Assembly (NCBI GenBank): GCA_905380995.1
Contig: CAJPUS010000066.1
Coordinates: forward strand, 1-52,476
Direction: 5' to 3'
DNA from: an uncultured Flavobacteriaceae bacterium
GTDB taxonomy: Bacteria > Bacteroidota > Bacteroidia > Flavobacteriales > Flavobacteriaceae
DNA: 52,476 nt
The notes beneath the pieces are model-generated. The model saw nothing but the letters and a program-made list of their open reading frames with translations, was not told the origin of the DNA and ran no database searches. Of this stretch, positions 50,294 through 52,476 are shown in pieces. Within the stretch, counting starts at the first letter, position 1; every line of letters begins with the position of its first letter. The translations under genes and the position numbers were made by a program.

Positions 50294-51370
50294 ATGGATA
50301 AAAAAATTAAGGTCCTTGTTATAGGATGTGGAAATATGGGGGCATCACATGCTACTGCGTATCACAATCATCAGGGGTTCGAAATATGTGGGTTAGTTTC
50401 AAGAGGAAGCAGTAAAGATAATTTGAATAATTTATTAAAAAGCAATTATAAAACTTTTAACGATTATAAATCTGCCATCCTAGAAACTAAACCTGATGCA
50501 GTTTGCATATCAACATATCCAGACACACATGAGGAAATATCATTATATGCATTAAATAATAAGTGTCATATCTTTTTAGAAAAACCTATTGCAGCAGATC
50601 TAGAGGGCTCAAGAAAGATTATAAAAAAGGCAGAAGAAAATAATAAAAAGCTAGTTGTAGGTTATATTTTAAGATATCATCCAATATGGAAAGAGTTCAT
50701 AAAAGAATCCAAAAAATTAGGAAAGCCATTAGCTATGCGTATGAATCTGAATCAACAAAGTTCTGGAGAAACATGGGATGTTCATAAAAATCTTCTAGCA
50801 TCTTTAAGTCCAATTGTTGATTGTGGTGTACACTATCTTGATGTAATGTGTCAAATAACACAATCGAAACCTCTGAGTGTATCTGCAATTGGTGTCAGGC
50901 TTTCAGATGAAATTCCAAAGGATAATTATAATTATGGTCAACTTCAAATAAGATTCAAAGATGGTTCAGTAGGTTGGTATGAGGCTGGTTGGGGACCTAT
51001 GATAAGCGAGACAGCATTCTTTGTCAAAGATGTAATTGGGCCCAATGGCTCGGTTTCTATAGTTTCAAATGATGAAATTTTTAATAAAGATTCTGATAAC
51101 ATTGAAAATCATACAAGAAATAATTGTCTTAAAATACATTGTTCAAAATTAGATTCAAATAATAACTTTATATCACCTAATAAAAAGATTGTATATGACG
51201 AGGATCCCTCACACCAGGATCTATGTGACTATGAGCAAGAGTATTTTTATAAGTCTATATGTGAAGATATTGATTTAAAATCTCATATTGAAGATGCATA
51301 CAAAAGTCTTCAAATAGCTTTAGCTTGTGATGTTGCTGTTAAAGAATCAAAAACAGTATTTCTTGATTAA
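50294..51370 (+). CDS. Gfo/Idh/MocA-family NAD(P)-dependent oxidoreductase
   Basis: 358 aa with the Rossmann segment KVLVIGCGNMGASH and HIFLEKPIA. Confidence 0.85.
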   Translation: MDKKIKVLVIGCGNMGASHATAYHNHQGFEICGLVSRGSSKDNLNNLLKSNYKTFNDYKSAILETKPDAVCISTYPDTHEEISLYALNNKCHIFLEKPIAADLEGSRKIIKKAEENNKKLVVGYILRYHPIWKEFIKESKKLGKPLAMRMNLNQQSSGETWDVHKNLLASLSPIVDCGVHYLDVMCQITQSKPLSVSAIGVRLSDEIPKDNYNYGQLQIRFKDGSVGWYEAGWGPMISETAFFVKDVIGPNGSVSIVSNDEIFNKDSDNIENHTRNNCLKIHCSKLDSNNNFISPNKKIVYDEDPSHQDLCDYEQEYFYKSICEDIDLKSHIEDAYKSLQIALACDVAVKESKTVFLD

Positions 51371-51499
51371 AAGAATCTCTCTTTAATTTCCATCACAATT
51401 ACTATTGCGAATATTAATGCTAATGTTCCGATAAAAATTCCACCTACACCCATTTAATTTTTATCAAATTTAACTCTTTTTTATTAAAAAATTTTTTTT

Positions 51500-51547
51500 A
51501 ATGTATCATTTACAAAATGTATTAATTATGTAATGTATAATTTAATT
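51500..51547. repeat. three phased 16-bp imperfect tandem units, each starting AATGTAT
   Basis: AATGTAT occurs at 51500, 51516 and 51532, an exact 16-bp phase. A fourth copy at 51633-39 faces an inverted ATACAT at 51645-50. Confidence 0.6.
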
Positions 51548-51663
51548 TTATTTCAATTATATATATTTTAAGATTAAAAAATGCGTAAAATAATTAATTT
51601 ATTAAAAATTGTTTATAAATTTACAATTATTTAATGTATGTTTAATACATAATAAATAGATAC

Positions 51664-52269
51664 ATGACTATTTCTTATTTACAGACAACCAATAAAAATG
51701 AGCCTAATATTTTTTTAAATAAAGAAAATGCTTATGTTGATCTCTGTTCCAGTGTAATTCCATTTGAAAAAAGGGATAAAGGATCACTAATACTTGCTTT
51801 GATAAATCAAAAAAAGATATCGAAATTGATTGTTGAAAATATATCAATGCTTGGAAGGAATCAAATAAATGTTTTAAATACAATTGATTTTCTTATAAAT
51901 AATAATGTTTGTTTGGTTTCAAAATTAGAAAGATTGGAAACCATGGATGAGTATGGAAGAATTAAACAGGATACAATTTTATTTTTAAACATATTTAGAT
52001 CATTAGCAAATATGGAATATAAAAATCGTAAAGAATCTCATAGATTTGGTATAAAACAAGCAAAAGATCTTGGAAGGTACAAAGGTGTAGGTGGAAGACA
52101 GTTAGAATCCATTGATGAATTCTTTGAAAAACCAAAGAATATAAATATTCTCAGGCATCTTAAAAGAGGAGAAAGTATAAGAAGAACAGCTAAGCTTGTT
52201 GGGTCCTCACCTGGTCTGGTTCAAAAAGTTAAAAGATGGGCTCAAGACCACGACAAATTAGATATTTAA
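51664..52269 (+). CDS. serine-recombinase (resolvase/invertase) homologue with substituted catalytic residues and C-terminal HTH
   Basis: 201 aa. It aligns by eye to the resolvase layout: ISYLQTTN against .GY.RVST, LIVENISMLGRN against LvV.klDRLGR, and LANMEYKNRKES against .AqaER..i.ER. The HTH is SIRRTAKLVGSSPGLVQKV. Confidence 0.7.
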   Translation: MTISYLQTTNKNEPNIFLNKENAYVDLCSSVIPFEKRDKGSLILALINQKKISKLIVENISMLGRNQINVLNTIDFLINNNVCLVSKLERLETMDEYGRIKQDTILFLNIFRSLANMEYKNRKESHRFGIKQAKDLGRYKGVGGRQLESIDEFFEKPKNINILRHLKRGESIRRTAKLVGSSPGLVQKVKRWAQDHDKLDI

Positions 52270-52366
52270 TATTTTTTTGATTTACCTTAAATTAAATACC
52301 AACTATTTTGTTGTTAAATGAAAAATGATTTTCTATATTAACATTCAATAAATTAAAAATTTAACT

Positions 52367-52476
52367 ATGAAAAAAATATTAATATTATTCTCTTTAACTC
52401 TTTTTATATCATGTTCAAATGTTCAAAACCCTGATTATGAAAAGAATTTAGAGATTGCAAAAGAATGGTTTGATGT
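52367..52476 (+). CDS. lipoprotein, N-terminal fragment (continues beyond the window)
   Basis: ATG at 52367. The sequence MKKILILFSLTLFISCSNVQNPDYEKNLEIAKEWFD has a lipobox and is open to the window edge. Its N-terminus resembles that of the lipoprotein at 43866-44354. Confidence 0.55.
   Translation, partial: MKKILILFSLTLFISCSNVQNPDYEKNLEIAKEWFD

Overview
This is an AT-rich segment (roughly 30% G+C by eye, not computed) that looks like the core chromosome of a Flavobacteriia-type Bacteroidota genome. Supporting signs are a SusC-like receptor, DUF5683, DUF349 and DUF3810 genes, tandem rhomboids after mutL, no Shine-Dalgarno sequences, and TAnnTTTG-type -7 boxes. Genes are tightly packed, with many 1-10 nt overlaps.

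Most content is housekeeping: lysA, sucC, hsp20, uvrB, ctaA-like, a CCA-adding enzyme, tsaC-like, ruvX, def, aroE, purA, fur-like, relA/spoT, ndk, recF, ribH, mutL, lepB, parAB, oxyR and sodC. There are two tRNA-Pro genes (anticodons GGG and TGG). I see no rRNA, CRISPR array, transposase or recognisable defence system.

The ORF track missed a 5'-complete, 3'-truncated SusC-like gene at 1-1794 (- strand). It also fused tRNA-Pro(GGG) into the N-terminus of the ORF at 42608-43771.

The main unexplained signals are:
1. An isolated G+C-rich element with two mutually exclusive hairpins (about 44601-44655). It sits directly upstream of a 69-aa mini-ORF built from three YRGV motifs spaced exactly 22 residues apart, and the locus lies between the two tRNA-Pro genes.
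2. A 355-aa conserved-looking hypothetical protein with a protein-kinase/PI3-4-kinase-like K...E...D-x4-N...DFD pattern, located 28 nt downstream of tRNA-Pro(GGG).
3. A right-hand segment with a decayed OmpA-domain gene remnant and a serine-recombinase homologue lacking the catalytic Ser/Arg residues. The recombinase homologue is preceded by phased AATGTAT repeats.
4. A secreted amidohydrolase pair in which only one of three HxH-type modules is intact.

All functional calls come from reading motifs by eye. No database search was run.
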